From positions 1-64,000 of the forward strand of contig JBBQXJ010000008.1 in assembly GCA_038209745.1 (NCBI GenBank): a stretch of DNA of 64,000 bases, read 5' to 3'. Each line of letters begins with the position of its first letter. The stretch's first letter is position 1. The notes beneath the pieces were generated by a model that made no database searches, was not told the origin of the DNA, and saw only the letters and a program-made list of their open reading frames with translations. A program made the translations under genes and the position numbers. Source of the stretch: Verrucomicrobiota bacterium. Lineage in GTDB: Bacteria > Verrucomicrobiota > Verrucomicrobiia > Limisphaerales > CANJSG01. This document shows positions 46,660-59,884 of the stretch, piece by piece.

Positions 46660-47400
46660 AGATTCCGTCGGCGCCAATGCCTCCAGTTTTTCGTCCAATA
46701 TCTCCAAGAGCCGCCGTACTCGCTGAATCCGACTGTAGGCCACCAGTTGCATCGGCGTGCGTTCCTATTTAGGCAGACATAGCCGCCGTAGATGCTCCGC
46801 GCTGAGATGGGCCCGCTTCGCCAATTCCCCCGACGACCACGCCGCTCCGGACTCGCGCTCAACTTCGTCCCACAGCTTCCAGAGTCGGCGATTGCCCTGC
46901 CACAGGCTCGCCAACCGGGCCGCCGCTCCATGCACCAGACTAAACCAATGATGCACGAACTTCGGATCGCGGGCACCGATGCCTGCGCCCCAGGGACCTT
47001 CGATCATCCGCGCCAACTCGGTTCCGCCTCCGCTGCCCTTCATCGGGGACATAGCTCCCACAAACGGCTGAATCCATGGCGGCTCGTCGTAGCGCAACCA
47101 AGCCATCGTGAACGGACTGCCAATTATGTGGCGAAAAACGCGTTCACTACCCGCAGCGGAGCCATGGAGGCCATTCCTTTGGCCACACGCTGCCATCTTC
47201 CATCGATCAAGATGCGATCTTCACCCTGCACACAGGCCAAGAAAAAAACTCCCGCCGGCCGAAGTCGGACCCGCCGATAAGGAGCGCACCCATCGTCCCG
47301 ACCGAGCCTGGAAATCCGTTGCGGCGCCAACTCAGGACAATCCGCCAATCCGATTCGCCACCATCGCAAACCTGGACCATCCGCCGTCGACGAGGTCAGT
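46660..47400 (-). pseudogene. Frameshifted AraC-family regulator
   Basis: Cupin-like FFLACVQGEDRILIDGRWQ in one frame. In another frame, HTH WSSGELAKRAHLSAEHLRRLC, an in-frame TAG at 46765-46767, then ERTPMQ..RIQRVRRLL. Boundaries approximate. Confidence 0.65.
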
Positions 47401-47664
47401 TCAAAGGGATCTGCGGGCGCACCGCGACGCGATCCGTCGATCGGACCCGATGTCACCGGCTTCCTCTGCCCCGCAGCATTTTTCCTCCTGTCGCCGAAAT
47501 CGGAAAAAACAGTTCCTGAACCAAGTCCAACCGAGAACCTGCGATCACATTCTGCGCCTGACTCCCTCGAACCCGGGTCCACCGAACGTTCGCCACCCAT
47601 CACAGCCGCAAACTGGATTTGCCGTCCCGCCACTCGGCGGCTTAGTCTCCGTCCAGTTACCCCT

Positions 47665-48516
47665 ATGAAATCCTTGCTGACTGCATTCCTGATCGCCCTC
47701 CCGGCCGCTTTTTACAGCCCCAGTGTGATGGCCGCCACGCCGTCTCCAAAGCCGCTCCGCGCATTGCTGGTCATCGGTGGCGGTTTCCACGACTACGCGG
47801 TTCAAAAGGACATTCTCAAGCAAGGCCTCGAAGCCCGAGCCAATCTGCACGTCGATGTCTGCTATGCTCCGGCTCCCGGCAACGCGACCAAGATGCGCTT
47901 CGACTGCTATACGAACGCCAATTGGGCGGCCGGATATGACGTCATCATCCATGACGAGTGCTCCGCTGACGTGACCGACATTCCCTATATCCAAAACATC
48001 CTCAACGCCCACAAGAAGGTGCCCGCCGTGAACCTGCACTGCACGATGCACTGCTACCGGATCGGCAACCCGGGCGACAAGGTCACCGAACTCGGCACGC
48101 CCCACAGCCAATGGTTCGAATTCATCGGAATCCAATCCAGCGGCCATGGCGCCCAATTGCCGATCAGCATCAACTTCCACGAGCACCCCATCACGAAAGG
48201 CATGACTAATTGGACCACGATCCAGGAGGAGCTCTACAACAACGTGAGAGTGTTCGACACCGCGACGGCCCTCGCCAATGGCCATCAAACGGTCAAAGGC
48301 CGCGACGGCGCCGATCGGGTAGACGACACGGTCGTGGTCTGGGTCAACAACTACCAGGGCGTCCGGGTCTTCAACACCACGCTGGGCCACAACAACGCCA
48401 CGGTGGCCGACCCTCGGTATCTCGACCTCGTGACCCGCGGCCTCCTCTGGTCGGTGGACCAACTCGACGCCAACGGCCACGCAAAAACGGGCTACGGCCC
48501 CGTGTCGACCAAGTAG
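47665..48516 (+). CDS. Secreted ThuA-like domain protein
   Basis: Signal peptide; ALLVIGGGFHDY, HPITKGM..EELY, RVFNTTLGH, VTRGLLW. Confidence 0.85.
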   Translation: MKSLLTAFLIALPAAFYSPSVMAATPSPKPLRALLVIGGGFHDYAVQKDILKQGLEARANLHVDVCYAPAPGNATKMRFDCYTNANWAAGYDVIIHDECSADVTDIPYIQNILNAHKKVPAVNLHCTMHCYRIGNPGDKVTELGTPHSQWFEFIGIQSSGHGAQLPISINFHEHPITKGMTNWTTIQEELYNNVRVFDTATALANGHQTVKGRDGADRVDDTVVVWVNNYQGVRVFNTTLGHNNATVADPRYLDLVTRGLLWSVDQLDANGHAKTGYGPVSTK

Positions 48517-48540
48517 AGTCAAGCCCCAGAGCCTCCGCGA

Positions 48541-48570
48541 AAAACCGCTCCGCTTTCGGGCGGCTTTTTT
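48541..48570 (+). terminator. Probable terminator of the ThuA-like gene
   Basis: CCGCTC..GGGCGG stem followed by CTTTTTT. Confidence 0.55.
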
Positions 48571-48665
48571 CGTTCGCGACCATGCGCCATCCGCGATCGT
48601 GCCAGGAACAAAAGTTGACTTTTTAACTCAAATCCTATCTATTAATTACCTAAGTGAAACGGACC

Positions 48666-48749
48666 ATGAACAAAGTCTTTACTGGAACATGCCTGCATCG
48701 CATTGCGATGTGCTGCTGGCGCTCCATGGCTTTGGGCACCGTGGTCTGA
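48666..48749 (+). CDS. Putative attenuator leader peptide MNKVFTGTCLHRIAMCCWRSMALGTVV
   Basis: 27-codon ORF downstream of an AT-rich promoter-like region (TTGACT at 48615); its 3' end is complementary to the terminator 5' arm. Confidence 0.65.
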   Translation: MNKVFTGTCLHRIAMCCWRSMALGTVV

Positions 48750-48779
48750 GACAGAATTGAAACAGAATTTGTTTATCAG

Positions 48780-48819
48780 ACCCACGGTTGCGAAAGCAGC
48801 CGTGGGTTTTATGTTTTTT
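48780..48819 (+). terminator. Attenuator terminator in a 5' leader
   Basis: ACCCACGGTTGC-GAAA-GCAGCCGTGGGT followed by TTTATGTTTTTT, about 66 nt before the next start. Confidence 0.8.
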
Positions 48820-48885
48820 GTGCATCGCCCGCGCAAATCCGATCACTCCATCAAAAACAAACAACAGACCGACAACACAGACAGT

Positions 48886-49230
48886 ATGACAACCAAAGAC
48901 AAGTATCCGCCCATCAAGTATGGAGGGGAAACACGGTTCGGCGTCGAAGCCAGGCCCGTGCCCTTCCGCGCAACGCTGGAAACTGAACTCGACCGGCTCA
49001 AGAACCGGCTCGTTCTGAACTACCTGAGCGAATTCGCGGAGCCCGAGTTCAACCGACTCCTCCGGCAGGCCGCCAATGAAGCCGCTGCGCTCGCTGGCAT
49101 CTCGGCCTACCCTCTGCTGTTGCTGCCCTCGCTTCTCGAAGAGAAGGCGCGGGAAGCTCGGCGGCAGGTCGCCCGGCAAAACGTCATCCGCTCCCGCAGT
49201 TCACTCCTCCTTCACGAGGTAGCGGCATGA
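48886..49230 (+). CDS. Hypothetical helical protein (114 aa)
   Basis: ATG after an A-rich spacer; amphipathic helices (LETELDRLKNRL, LRQAANEAAALA, PLLLLPSLLEEKA). Confidence 0.75.
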   Translation: MTTKDKYPPIKYGGETRFGVEARPVPFRATLETELDRLKNRLVLNYLSEFAEPEFNRLLRQAANEAAALAGISAYPLLLLPSLLEEKAREARRQVARQNVIRSRSSLLLHEVAA

Positions 49231-49254
49231 TTATCGACCTCTCCCTCTGTAGCT

Positions 49255-49317
49255 GGACGGGGAACCGTTGACGCCGCCCGCCCGACCGTGTCGGGCCGCG
49301 TCAACGGTTCCCCGTCC
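49255..49317. repeat. Long intergenic hairpin with 20-bp perfect arms
   Basis: GGACGGGGAACCGTTGACGC..GCGTCAACGGTTCCCCGTCC plus inner GCCCGAC/GTCGGGC. Confidence 0.75.
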
Positions 49318-49382
49318 TTGCCGCTTCGAGCGACGGACCGATTACGTTTGGCAGACGTTTCCGTTCCAGCCATTTCTCTGGG

Positions 49383-50498
49383 GTGAGCGATCTCCCGCCC
49401 GACATACGACCCAAACGCCGCCACCGTTACTCCGGGAAGAACCCGAGGCGGTTCCATGAGAAATACAAGGAGCTCGATCCGAACCGTTACGCCGACGACA
49501 TCGCCAAAGTTCTGGCCTCCGGTAAAACCCCCGCCGGCACCCACCGCCCGATCATGGTTTCGGAGATCCTTGAAGCGCTCGCACCCAAGCCCGGCGAGAT
49601 CGCAGTGGACTGCACCCTCGGTTTCGGCGGGCACTCGACCGAACTTATCCCGGCCCTGCTTCCGGGGGGGAAACTCTTCGGCCTCGACGTAGACCCGATC
49701 GAACAACCCAAGACCGAGCAACGCCTCCGCGCCGCCGGCTTCGGTCCAGAATCCTTCCAGACCCGCCGGATGAACTTCGCCGGACTGGCCAAGCTGGTCT
49801 CCCAAGAATCGTTGACGGGAGTGGATCTGGTGTTGGCCGATCTCGGAGTCTCCTCCATGCAGATCGACAATCCGGACCGGGGTTTCACCTTCAAAGCCGA
49901 CGGCCCCCTCGACCTCCGCCTCAATCCTGAACGGGGCCAATCCGCAGCCTCGCTGCTCGCCAAAATCGACAGCGTCCGCCTCGCCATCCTCCTATCGGAA
50001 AATGCCGACGAACCTCGCGCCCAATTCCTCGCGGACGCCATCTTCGACGCCCAGTCTGGAGCTCCGATCATGCGGACCCAGCAATTGGCTGATGTGATTC
50101 GGTCGGCTTTGGCCGGCCCGGGCAGGGATCCGGCAAAGATCGAGACCAGCGACACCCTGCGCCGCGTCTTCCAAGCGCTTCGCATCGCGGTCAACGACGA
50201 GTTCGGCGCGCTCGATTCTCTGCTCCGCGTCCTGCCGAACTGCCTGAATCCGGGAGGCAGGGTGGCTATATTGAGCTTCCATTCCGGCGAGGATCGGCGC
50301 GTGAAAAAGGCGTTTCAAAACGGCCTCCATGATGGCGTCTATTCCAGAGTATCCACGGATGTCATCCGACCCGGACCGGAAGAAATTCGCGCCAATCCAC
50401 GCTCTTCGTCAGCAAAACTCCGCTGGGCCGTGCGCGCGAAACCAATTGGCGCGACCAAACGTCCCACAACCGGACAGCCTCTCGTGCGCTATCGTTAA
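49383..50498 (+). CDS. rsmH: RsmH/MraW-family 16S rRNA methyltransferase, orphan paralog with a basic N-terminal extension
   Basis: HRPIM, DCTLGFGGHS, DLGVSSMQID, RVFQALRIAVNDE, SFHSGEDR, NPRSSSAKLR; no mraZ or ftsL nearby. Confidence 0.85.
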   Translation: MSDLPPDIRPKRRHRYSGKNPRRFHEKYKELDPNRYADDIAKVLASGKTPAGTHRPIMVSEILEALAPKPGEIAVDCTLGFGGHSTELIPALLPGGKLFGLDVDPIEQPKTEQRLRAAGFGPESFQTRRMNFAGLAKLVSQESLTGVDLVLADLGVSSMQIDNPDRGFTFKADGPLDLRLNPERGQSAASLLAKIDSVRLAILLSENADEPRAQFLADAIFDAQSGAPIMRTQQLADVIRSALAGPGRDPAKIETSDTLRRVFQALRIAVNDEFGALDSLLRVLPNCLNPGGRVAILSFHSGEDRRVKKAFQNGLHDGVYSRVSTDVIRPGPEEIRANPRSSSAKLRWAVRAKPIGATKRPTTGQPLVRYR

Positions 50499-50815
50499 TC
50501 CCATCCATTGACAGCAGAACCCTACTCCAGATGGGCAGATCCCGCGCGATTGTGCCCTTGTCGAAGATGTTCCGTTTTTGGAATCGGATAACCACCCCTT
50601 TCTCAACCGTTTGGCGGTGCCTCAGTCTCTAATACTTGCACCATCCCCTTGGAGCAGAAGGCAGGTCTTTGGTAAGTTGAATCACATTTTGCGGGGAATG
50701 GATTCGTCCGTTTCCGGCAGGACTCAGGGTCAGCGGAGAGTCGGAGCGGAGTTCGCGCCGTCCATTTCTGCAGATGAATTGGATCCTGAACTTTGCGGCG
50801 CATCGTCGCCGAACC

Positions 50816-53611
<2,796 letters not shown>

Positions 53612-53649
53612 AGCCTCCCATCTCCAACTCCCCCAATAAACACTCTCAA

Positions 53650-54894
53650 ATGGCCATTGAATTGAAGGTGCCCGCCGTGGGCGAATCGATCAGCGAAGTT
53701 GAAATCGGATCCTGGCTCAAGACCGAGGGCCAAGCCGTCAAAGAAGGCGAAACCCTCGTTGTCATCGAGACCGAAAAGGCGACCGTCGATCTTCCCTCAC
53801 CCGCCTCCGGCGTGCTCGGCAGGATCCTCAAACCCCAGGGCAGCGTCGCCGCCGTGGGCGAACTCATCGGCAGCATCGAAGCCGGCGTCGCCCCTTCCGA
53901 AAGCCCCGCCGCTTTCTCGTCAAACGCTGTCGCAAAACCTCCTCCGGCAGAATCCTCCCAGCAGATTCCAGCGCATGATGGATCCAGGATCATGCCGGCC
54001 GCCGAGCGAGTTTTGGCCGAGTCGAATCTTGCAGCTGCCGGGATCGTCGGCAGCGGCCCCGGCGGACGAGTTCTCAAGGAAGACGCCGTCAAAGCGGTCG
54101 AAGCCAAGAAGGCTCCACCCCAGCCCCCGTCATCCTTTCCCGCAAATCCTTCGGCTCCCGTTCCGCCCAATGCGGTCTCGGGCAGCGGGGAGTTCCGCCA
54201 GGAACAAGCGGTCCGCATGTCCAAGCTGCGCCGCACCGTCGCGAGCCGGCTCGTGTCGGCCCAGCACCAGGCCGCCCTGCTCACCACCTTCAACGAGGCT
54301 GACATGTCCGCCATCATGGCCTTCCGCAAGGAGCACGGCGAAGCCTTCCTCAAGCGCCACGGCACCAAGCTTGGTTTCATGTCCTTCTTCGTGAAGGCCG
54401 TCATCGACGGGCTCAAGCTCGTGCCCCAGCTCAACGCCGAGATCCGAGGCGACGACGTCGTCTACAAGAACTTCCAGGACATCGGCGTCGCCATCGGCGG
54501 CGGCAAGGGCCTCGTCGTTCCCGTCATCCGCAACGCCGAACGGCTCAGCTTCGGCGAGATCGAGAAGGCGATCCTCGACTTCGGGACGAGGGCCAGGGAA
54601 GGCAAGATCATGCCCGACGAGCTGGAAGGCGGCACCTTCACCATCAGCAACGGCGGAGTCTACGGATCGATGCTCTCGACCCCCATCGTCAACCCGCCGC
54701 AATCCGGCGTGCTCGGCATGCACAACATCGTGGAGCGCCCCGTCGCGCTGAACGGCCAAGTCGTCATTCGCCCGATCATGTATGTCGCGCTGACCTACGA
54801 CCATCGTGTCGTGGACGGCAAGGAAGCGGTCACGTTCCTGAAGCGAGTGAAGGACTGCGTGGAGAATCCGGCGCGGATGCTGTTGGAAGTGTAG
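53650..54894 (+). CDS. sucB: Dihydrolipoyllysine succinyltransferase E2
   Basis: Lipoyl domain [36 protein letters not shown]. Confidence 0.95.
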   Translation: MAIELKVPAVGESISEVEIGSWLKTEGQAVKEGETLVVIETEKATVDLPSPASGVLGRILKPQGSVAAVGELIGSIEAGVAPSESPAAFSSNAVAKPPPAESSQQIPAHDGSRIMPAAERVLAESNLAAAGIVGSGPGGRVLKEDAVKAVEAKKAPPQPPSSFPANPSAPVPPNAVSGSGEFRQEQAVRMSKLRRTVASRLVSAQHQAALLTTFNEADMSAIMAFRKEHGEAFLKRHGTKLGFMSFFVKAVIDGLKLVPQLNAEIRGDDVVYKNFQDIGVAIGGGKGLVVPVIRNAERLSFGEIEKAILDFGTRAREGKIMPDELEGGTFTISNGGVYGSMLSTPIVNPPQSGVLGMHNIVERPVALNGQVVIRPIMYVALTYDHRVVDGKEAVTFLKRVKDCVENPARMLLEV

Positions 54895-54907
54895 GCGATA
54901 CCCCACA

Positions 54908-56296
54908 ATGCAAACCTTCGATCTAGCGGTCATCGGCGGCGGCCCCGGCGGCTACGTTTCAGCCATCCGCGGCGCGCAGCTCGGCCTCACTGTCGCCTGC
55001 ATCGAAAAGGAATCCGCCCTCGGCGGCACCTGCCTCCGCATCGGCTGCATCCCCAGCAAAGCCCTGCTCGAATCCAGCGAGCTCTATTCCGAGGCCAAAC
55101 ACGGCTTCGACAAACACGGCTTCAAGGTCGGCGAAGTCACGCTCGACCTCGCCACCATGCTGAAGCGCAAGACCGAGATCGTCTCCCAGATGACCAAGGG
55201 CGTCGACTTCCTGTTGAAGAAAAACAAGGTCGCCCGCCTTCTCGGCCACGGACGCCTTCTCGGCAATGGCCAGGTCGAAGTCGCCTCCGCCGACGGCAAG
55301 AGCGAGACCATTTCCGCCAAGCACATCATCCTCGCCACCGGCAGCAAACCCGCAGTCCTGCCCGGCATCGAACTCGACGGCCAGATCGTCGGCACCAGCA
55401 CCGAAGCGCTCGCCTACGACACCGTGCCGGAACACCTCGTCGTCATTGGCGCCGGCTACATCGGCCTCGAACTCGGCTCCGTCTGGCAACGCCTCGGCGC
55501 CAAGGTCACCGTGGTCGAATTCATGGACCGCATCGCGCCCGGCATGGACCGCGAACTGGCCGACGAAGCGCAGAAGATCTTCGCCAAGCAGGGCCTCGAA
55601 TTCCGTCTCCGGCACAAGGTGCTTTCCGCAAAGGCCGAGGCCGGCAAGGGCGTCGTCGTCTGCGAAGGCCAGGAGCCGATCATCGCCGACAAGGTGCTCG
55701 TCGCCGTCGGCCGCGTGCCCAACACCGAGAACCTCGGCCTTGACGTCGCCGGGGTCGCCACCGGCCTGCGGGGCCGTGTGGAAGTGGACGAGCGTTTCGC
55801 CACCAACGTCCCCGGCATCTATGCCATCGGCGACGTGATCAAGGGCCCCATGCTCGCGCACAAAGCCGAAGAGGAAGGCGTCGCCTGCGCCGAGTTCATC
55901 GCCGGAAAACACGGCCATGTGGACTACAACTCCATTCCCGGCGTCTGCTACACCCATCCCGAGATCGGAAGCGTGGGCCAGACCGAGGAGCAATTGATCG
56001 AAGCCAAGATCGAGTATCGCAAAGGCGTCTTCCCCTTCAAAGCCAACGGCCGCGCCCACGCGCTCGGCCAGACCGAAGGCAAGGTGAAGATCCTCGCCGA
56101 CAAGAAGACCGACCGCCTGCTTGGCGTCCACATCCTCGGCCCTCGCGCCGGCGATCTGATCGCCGAAGCCGCCGTGGCCATGGCCTTTAAGGCCACCGCC
56201 GAAGACCTGTCGATGGCGTCCCACGCTCATCCGACCCTGGCCGAGGCAATCAAAGAAGCGGCGTTGGCCGTGGACGGACGCGCGCTACACATTTGA
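54908..56296 (+). CDS. lpdA: Dihydrolipoyl dehydrogenase E3
   Basis: GGGPGGY, GGTCLRIGCIPSK, GAGYIG, HAHPTLAE. Confidence 0.96.
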   Translation: MQTFDLAVIGGGPGGYVSAIRGAQLGLTVACIEKESALGGTCLRIGCIPSKALLESSELYSEAKHGFDKHGFKVGEVTLDLATMLKRKTEIVSQMTKGVDFLLKKNKVARLLGHGRLLGNGQVEVASADGKSETISAKHIILATGSKPAVLPGIELDGQIVGTSTEALAYDTVPEHLVVIGAGYIGLELGSVWQRLGAKVTVVEFMDRIAPGMDRELADEAQKIFAKQGLEFRLRHKVLSAKAEAGKGVVVCEGQEPIIADKVLVAVGRVPNTENLGLDVAGVATGLRGRVEVDERFATNVPGIYAIGDVIKGPMLAHKAEEEGVACAEFIAGKHGHVDYNSIPGVCYTHPEIGSVGQTEEQLIEAKIEYRKGVFPFKANGRAHALGQTEGKVKILADKKTDRLLGVHILGPRAGDLIAEAAVAMAFKATAEDLSMASHAHPTLAEAIKEAALAVDGRALHI

Positions 56297-56349
56297 TCCA
56301 AGAATCCGAGTTGAGCCGGAGAAATACCCACCAAATCCCCAGAAACACC

Positions 56350-56378
56350 TTGCCCGCCGCAGGTCGCTTTCCTAGGTT
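56350..56378 (+). promoter_or_regulatory. Candidate sigma70 promoter of tRNA-Lys
   Basis: TTGCCC-N17-TAGGTT, about 30 nt upstream of the tRNA. Confidence 0.45.
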
Positions 56379-56409
56379 CACCCCTCGCTGGTTCTCCTGC
56401 CAGCGTGCC

Positions 56410-56481
56410 GGGTTGGTAGCTCAGTGGTAGAGCAGCGGCCTTTTAAGCCGTTGGTCGTGGGTTCGAATCCCACCCGACCCA
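56410..56481 (+). tRNA. tRNA-Lys (anticodon TTT)
   Basis: GGGTTGG-TAGCTCAGTGGTAGAGC..GCGGC-CTTTTAA-GCCGT..GGTTCGAATCC..CCGACCC-A; CCA not encoded. Confidence 0.95.
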
Positions 56482-56603
56482 CATCTTCAAAGTTCATAAA
56501 GCCCTTCAAAGTAGGGGTTTCTATCCTCAAACGGCCAGATTAGAAGAATCAGGTCCAATCGTTCCTAATCCAGAAGTATCGGCCACTTTTGGCATCCCCT
56601 AGC

Positions 56604-57038
56604 GGTGGAGGCTCAAGAGGTTGTTCATGAGGAGACGGGTGGGAGGAGATTGAGGGAGCTTGGCCAACCGGCCGATCTGGACGCCGGGGAGCTTGCGGCG
56701 GCGCAGAGCCAGGACCCGGAGGACGCGCGCAGACCATGGATGCCGTCCTGGGAGCGTTTTGGCCTGGAAGAACGGTGCTCAAGGCCTGCGGTGCCAGAGG
56801 CGCTGAACGGGCCAGCTACTTCTGGGCCGAGCCGACCGCGATCCCCAACCCGGCGGCGACCTCGGCGACGGGTTGGTGGAGCTCGACAATGCGCTTTACC
56901 AGTTCGGCTCGACTCAACGGGGGTGAGCTTGGCATTGCGATGGGCGTTCATGCGGGGGTGGTTCCTGGATCGGCGTTGTTTTCACAATCCCATCGTTCCA
57001 GCTCCGCCTCGCATGAACAACCTCCTGCAACCATCACA
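56604..57038 (-). mobile_element. Internally deleted IS481-family element (mini-IS/MITE)
   Basis: IR cores GAGGTTGTTCATG (56617-56629) and CATGAACAACCTC (57012-57024); flanks CCTAGC/CCTAGT; transposase remnants MNAHRNAKLTP, GLEHRSSRPKRS and PPTRLLMNNLLSLHR*. Confidence 0.8.
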
Positions 57039-57359
57039 CCTAGTCCCACCCCAGCCCTACGCCCGCGATCGCGATCGCACCCAACCCACCTTCTTCGCGC
57101 GCTCCCACAGCGACCCCACCGCCCCCGTCCGCTTCGGTACCACCCTGCCCACCAGACTTTAGAGCGGCCCTGGCGCTTTGCTGTTCGCCAACGACAACAC
57201 TGGAAGTCACTGAAAGGTTACAAGTCCAACCGCGAACCGCACAGATATCTCCGGAGCGGAATCCGGTTTCAGCAAGAGGTCCGCCGCAAGCCCAATCCAC
57301 GAACGGAAAAACGGCTCCAGAGTGTGCCGGAGCCGTTCAAAACGAACTGGAATTGGACC

Positions 57360-57812
57360 TCAGCGCGACTTGGGACGCAGCAGGACCACCTTCTGGGTCG
57401 ATCCCTCGATCTCGACGCTGTGGGACTCGACATCGGGATCGTCGCGCAGCATTTGATGGACGATGCGCCGGTCGTAGGCGTTCATCGGCTCCAGCTCCAC
57501 GATGTCGCCCAGTCGGCGCACCCGCTCGGCGGCTTCCTTTGCGCGCTTCAACAGGGCGCCCCGGCTCTTCTGGCGGAAGCCACCTACGTCCACGGTGACC
57601 TTCGGAGAGCTGGGGTCCTGCTGGAAGAGGATCCGATTCACCATGTATTGGAGATCCGCCAGGGTCTGGCCAGCGGGCCCGATCAGACGGGCCGATTCCT
57701 CGCTGGTGATATCGAGAATGGGCCCGTCCTCCGACGGGATCTCTTCAATGGTCGCCGGGAAATCGAGATGCCGAAGGAGTTCCTCGAGGATGGTCTTGGG
57801 TTGGACGGTCAT
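57360..57812 (-). CDS. jag: Jag/KhpB-like RNA-binding protein (KH and R3H)
   Basis: LIGPAGQTLADLQY, LEPMNAYDRRIVH; follows yidC. Confidence 0.85.
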   Translation of the reverse strand: MTVQPKTILEELLRHLDFPATIEEIPSEDGPILDITSEESARLIGPAGQTLADLQYMVNRILFQQDPSSPKVTVDVGGFRQKSRGALLKRAKEAAERVRRLGDIVELEPMNAYDRRIVHQMLRDDPDVESHSVEIEGSTQKVVLLRPKSR

Positions 57813-57846
57813 GGTGAAAGGATTGAACGGGGCGCCACGGGCCGGC

Positions 57847-59607
57847 TCACTTCTTCCGTTTCCCCAGGAGCAGTTTCGCGGCGGCGGGGTCGGCGCCGGG
57901 TTTGGTCAACTTCGTCTGAACCACGCCAAGGAGGTTCTGCACGGTCCAGTAGAGCGTCAATCCCGAGGCCATGTTGTAGAGAAAGAAGAAGAACATGAAG
58001 GGCATGAACTTCATCATCTTCTGCTGGGCCGGATCCGCTCCGGGCGCGGTCGGGGTCAGGCTGGTCTGCCACCAGGTGCTGGCCGCCCAGAACAGGGGCA
58101 GCAGGTTGAAGGGAAGGTGCGTGCCGGGAATCATGAACAGCGTGTCAGGCTGGGAAAGATCGCAGGCCCATAGAAAGCCGGTGCCGCGCAGCTCGATGGC
58201 GGCATTGAGCATCTGGTAGAAGCCGATGAAGACCGGGATCTGGATGACGATGGGGATGCAACCCGCGACCGGATTGATGCGGTGTTCGCGCATGAACTCC
58301 ATCGTCTTGGCGTTCACCTTCTGGGGGTCGTCCTTGTACTTCTCCTTGATCTTGGCCATCTCCGGCTGAAGCAGGGCCATCCGCTTCATCGACTTCGTCG
58401 AAGCATGGGTCAGGGGAAAGAATAGGGTTTTGATGATCACCGTGATCACGATGATGGCAAAGCCGTAGGAGAGCCCCCACGAGTGGAGTCCGTTCATCGA
58501 CATCAGCAGGGCTTTGGCGAAGAACCCGAAGAACTTGCTGAATCCCATCAACGAATCCACGTCGGTCTCGGTCTCTTTGGCGAGGTTGACCAGGGTGTTG
58601 TATTCTTTTGGACCGGCGAAGACCGTGTAAAAACGTTCGATGGTCTGGCCGGGCTGAATGACTGTGGCGGGATAGACCAAAGCGCTCTCAAAACCAACCG
58701 GTTTCGGGTTCGCCCGCGAATCTTCGGCGATGACCTCGGCCGAAGGCGGTGGCAGATCCAGTTGAAGCGAGCGGAACGCCGCTGCGGGCGCTGCGGGAAT
58801 CACCGCCAACGCAAAGAACTGGTTGTTGACCGCGGCCCATTTCACGTTTCCAGCTCCGGCGCGATATTCCGTCCGGGGTGTGCCCGGGAAACATCCCAAA
58901 GTCCGGTTGGCGAACCATCCTTGGTTGACCACCTCGGGTTTGGCGCCGTTCTGCCAATGGGTTCCCAGCGCCATCAAGGGTTCGTGCGGGCTCAACGACG
59001 TCGCCGTCCCGATGACATACTCATACTCGGGAAGAGCGATGGGAACCTCGCTGGTGTTCGTGAAGACGAGCCGATGGCGGAGAATGTAGTTGGTGGACGG
59101 CAGGAACTCCTTGATGACCGACAATCCGTTCGGCAGATCCGCACGGGCAACCAGTCCGGCACTGACCGGCGTCAGCTTCCATGTCCCACCGCCGAACGGC
59201 CCGCCCAGCAGAGTGAACGCCGGCAAGGGCGCCCCGCCGTTCAGCGCGACCATGCCCAGATTGGTTGTCCCCGTGTTCTTGCAGCCGGTCGCGACCGGGT
59301 AGCCGCGCATCTCGAACTGTTTCACTCCGCCCCCATGCGAACTGAAGGTGAACACGGTCGTGTCGTTGGTGATCGAGATCAGCTCTTCCGGTCCCGTCGC
59401 GGGCAGCGGCCGCACCGAACTGCCCGCTGGAGCTCCGGCGAGCATCGCCGGAACGGAATTGCCTCCAGTGGCCAAGACGCCGGTGGCCACATCGACCACA
59501 TTGGTCGGACGGGGCTTCGGCGGATACATCTTCGGCACCAGGACCACCTGCCAAAGCACGATCAGGCCGAGGGAAAGGGCGACTATCAATATCGATTTAC
59601 GATCCAT
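57847..59607 (-). CDS. yidC: Membrane protein insertase YidC
   Basis: [46 protein letters not shown]. Start placed at MDRKS. Confidence 0.95.
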   Translation of the reverse strand: MDRKSILIVALSLGLIVLWQVVLVPKMYPPKPRPTNVVDVATGVLATGGNSVPAMLAGAPAGSSVRPLPATGPEELISITNDTTVFTFSSHGGGVKQFEMRGYPVATGCKNTGTTNLGMVALNGGAPLPAFTLLGGPFGGGTWKLTPVSAGLVARADLPNGLSVIKEFLPSTNYILRHRLVFTNTSEVPIALPEYEYVIGTATSLSPHEPLMALGTHWQNGAKPEVVNQGWFANRTLGCFPGTPRTEYRAGAGNVKWAAVNNQFFALAVIPAAPAAAFRSLQLDLPPPSAEVIAEDSRANPKPVGFESALVYPATVIQPGQTIERFYTVFAGPKEYNTLVNLAKETETDVDSLMGFSKFFGFFAKALLMSMNGLHSWGLSYGFAIIVITVIIKTLFFPLTHASTKSMKRMALLQPEMAKIKEKYKDDPQKVNAKTMEFMREHRINPVAGCIPIVIQIPVFIGFYQMLNAAIELRGTGFLWACDLSQPDTLFMIPGTHLPFNLLPLFWAASTWWQTSLTPTAPGADPAQQKMMKFMPFMFFFFLYNMASGLTLYWTVQNLLGVVQTKLTKPGADPAAAKLLLGKRKK

Positions 59608-59884
59608 GAAGAGGAGAAAGAGATGGGGAACGCGAGTCGGCCGAGGGGCCGCTTTCCGGCACGGGGTCGTGGCCACAGCCTCCCCATGGATGGCACCGGC
59701 ACAGACGACGGACAGTCATGGCGCCTCCCTTTGAGGCGCCATGGCGCTGCAAAGCTTCGATGCCGTATTGCGAACAACTGGGCGTGAACCGGCATCCGGA
59801 CCCCGGGCCCGCGATGAAGTGGATCGCCGGTGAAATCACCCAGCGATAGCCCCGAAGCATCCAGATAAACAATAGACGTATCAC
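59597..59884 (-). CDS. yidD: Membrane protein insertion efficiency factor
   Basis: [24 protein letters not shown]. Confidence 0.93.
   Translation of the reverse strand: MIRLLFIWMLRGYRWVISPAIHFIAGPGSGCRFTPSCSQYGIEALQRHGASKGGAMTVRRLCRCHPWGGCGHDPVPESGPSADSRSPSLSPLHGS

Noticed and set aside
47623..47645. Short CCGCC-ACTC-GGCGG hairpin resembling a REP
   Set aside because: Only a 5-bp stem, likely by chance at this GC content
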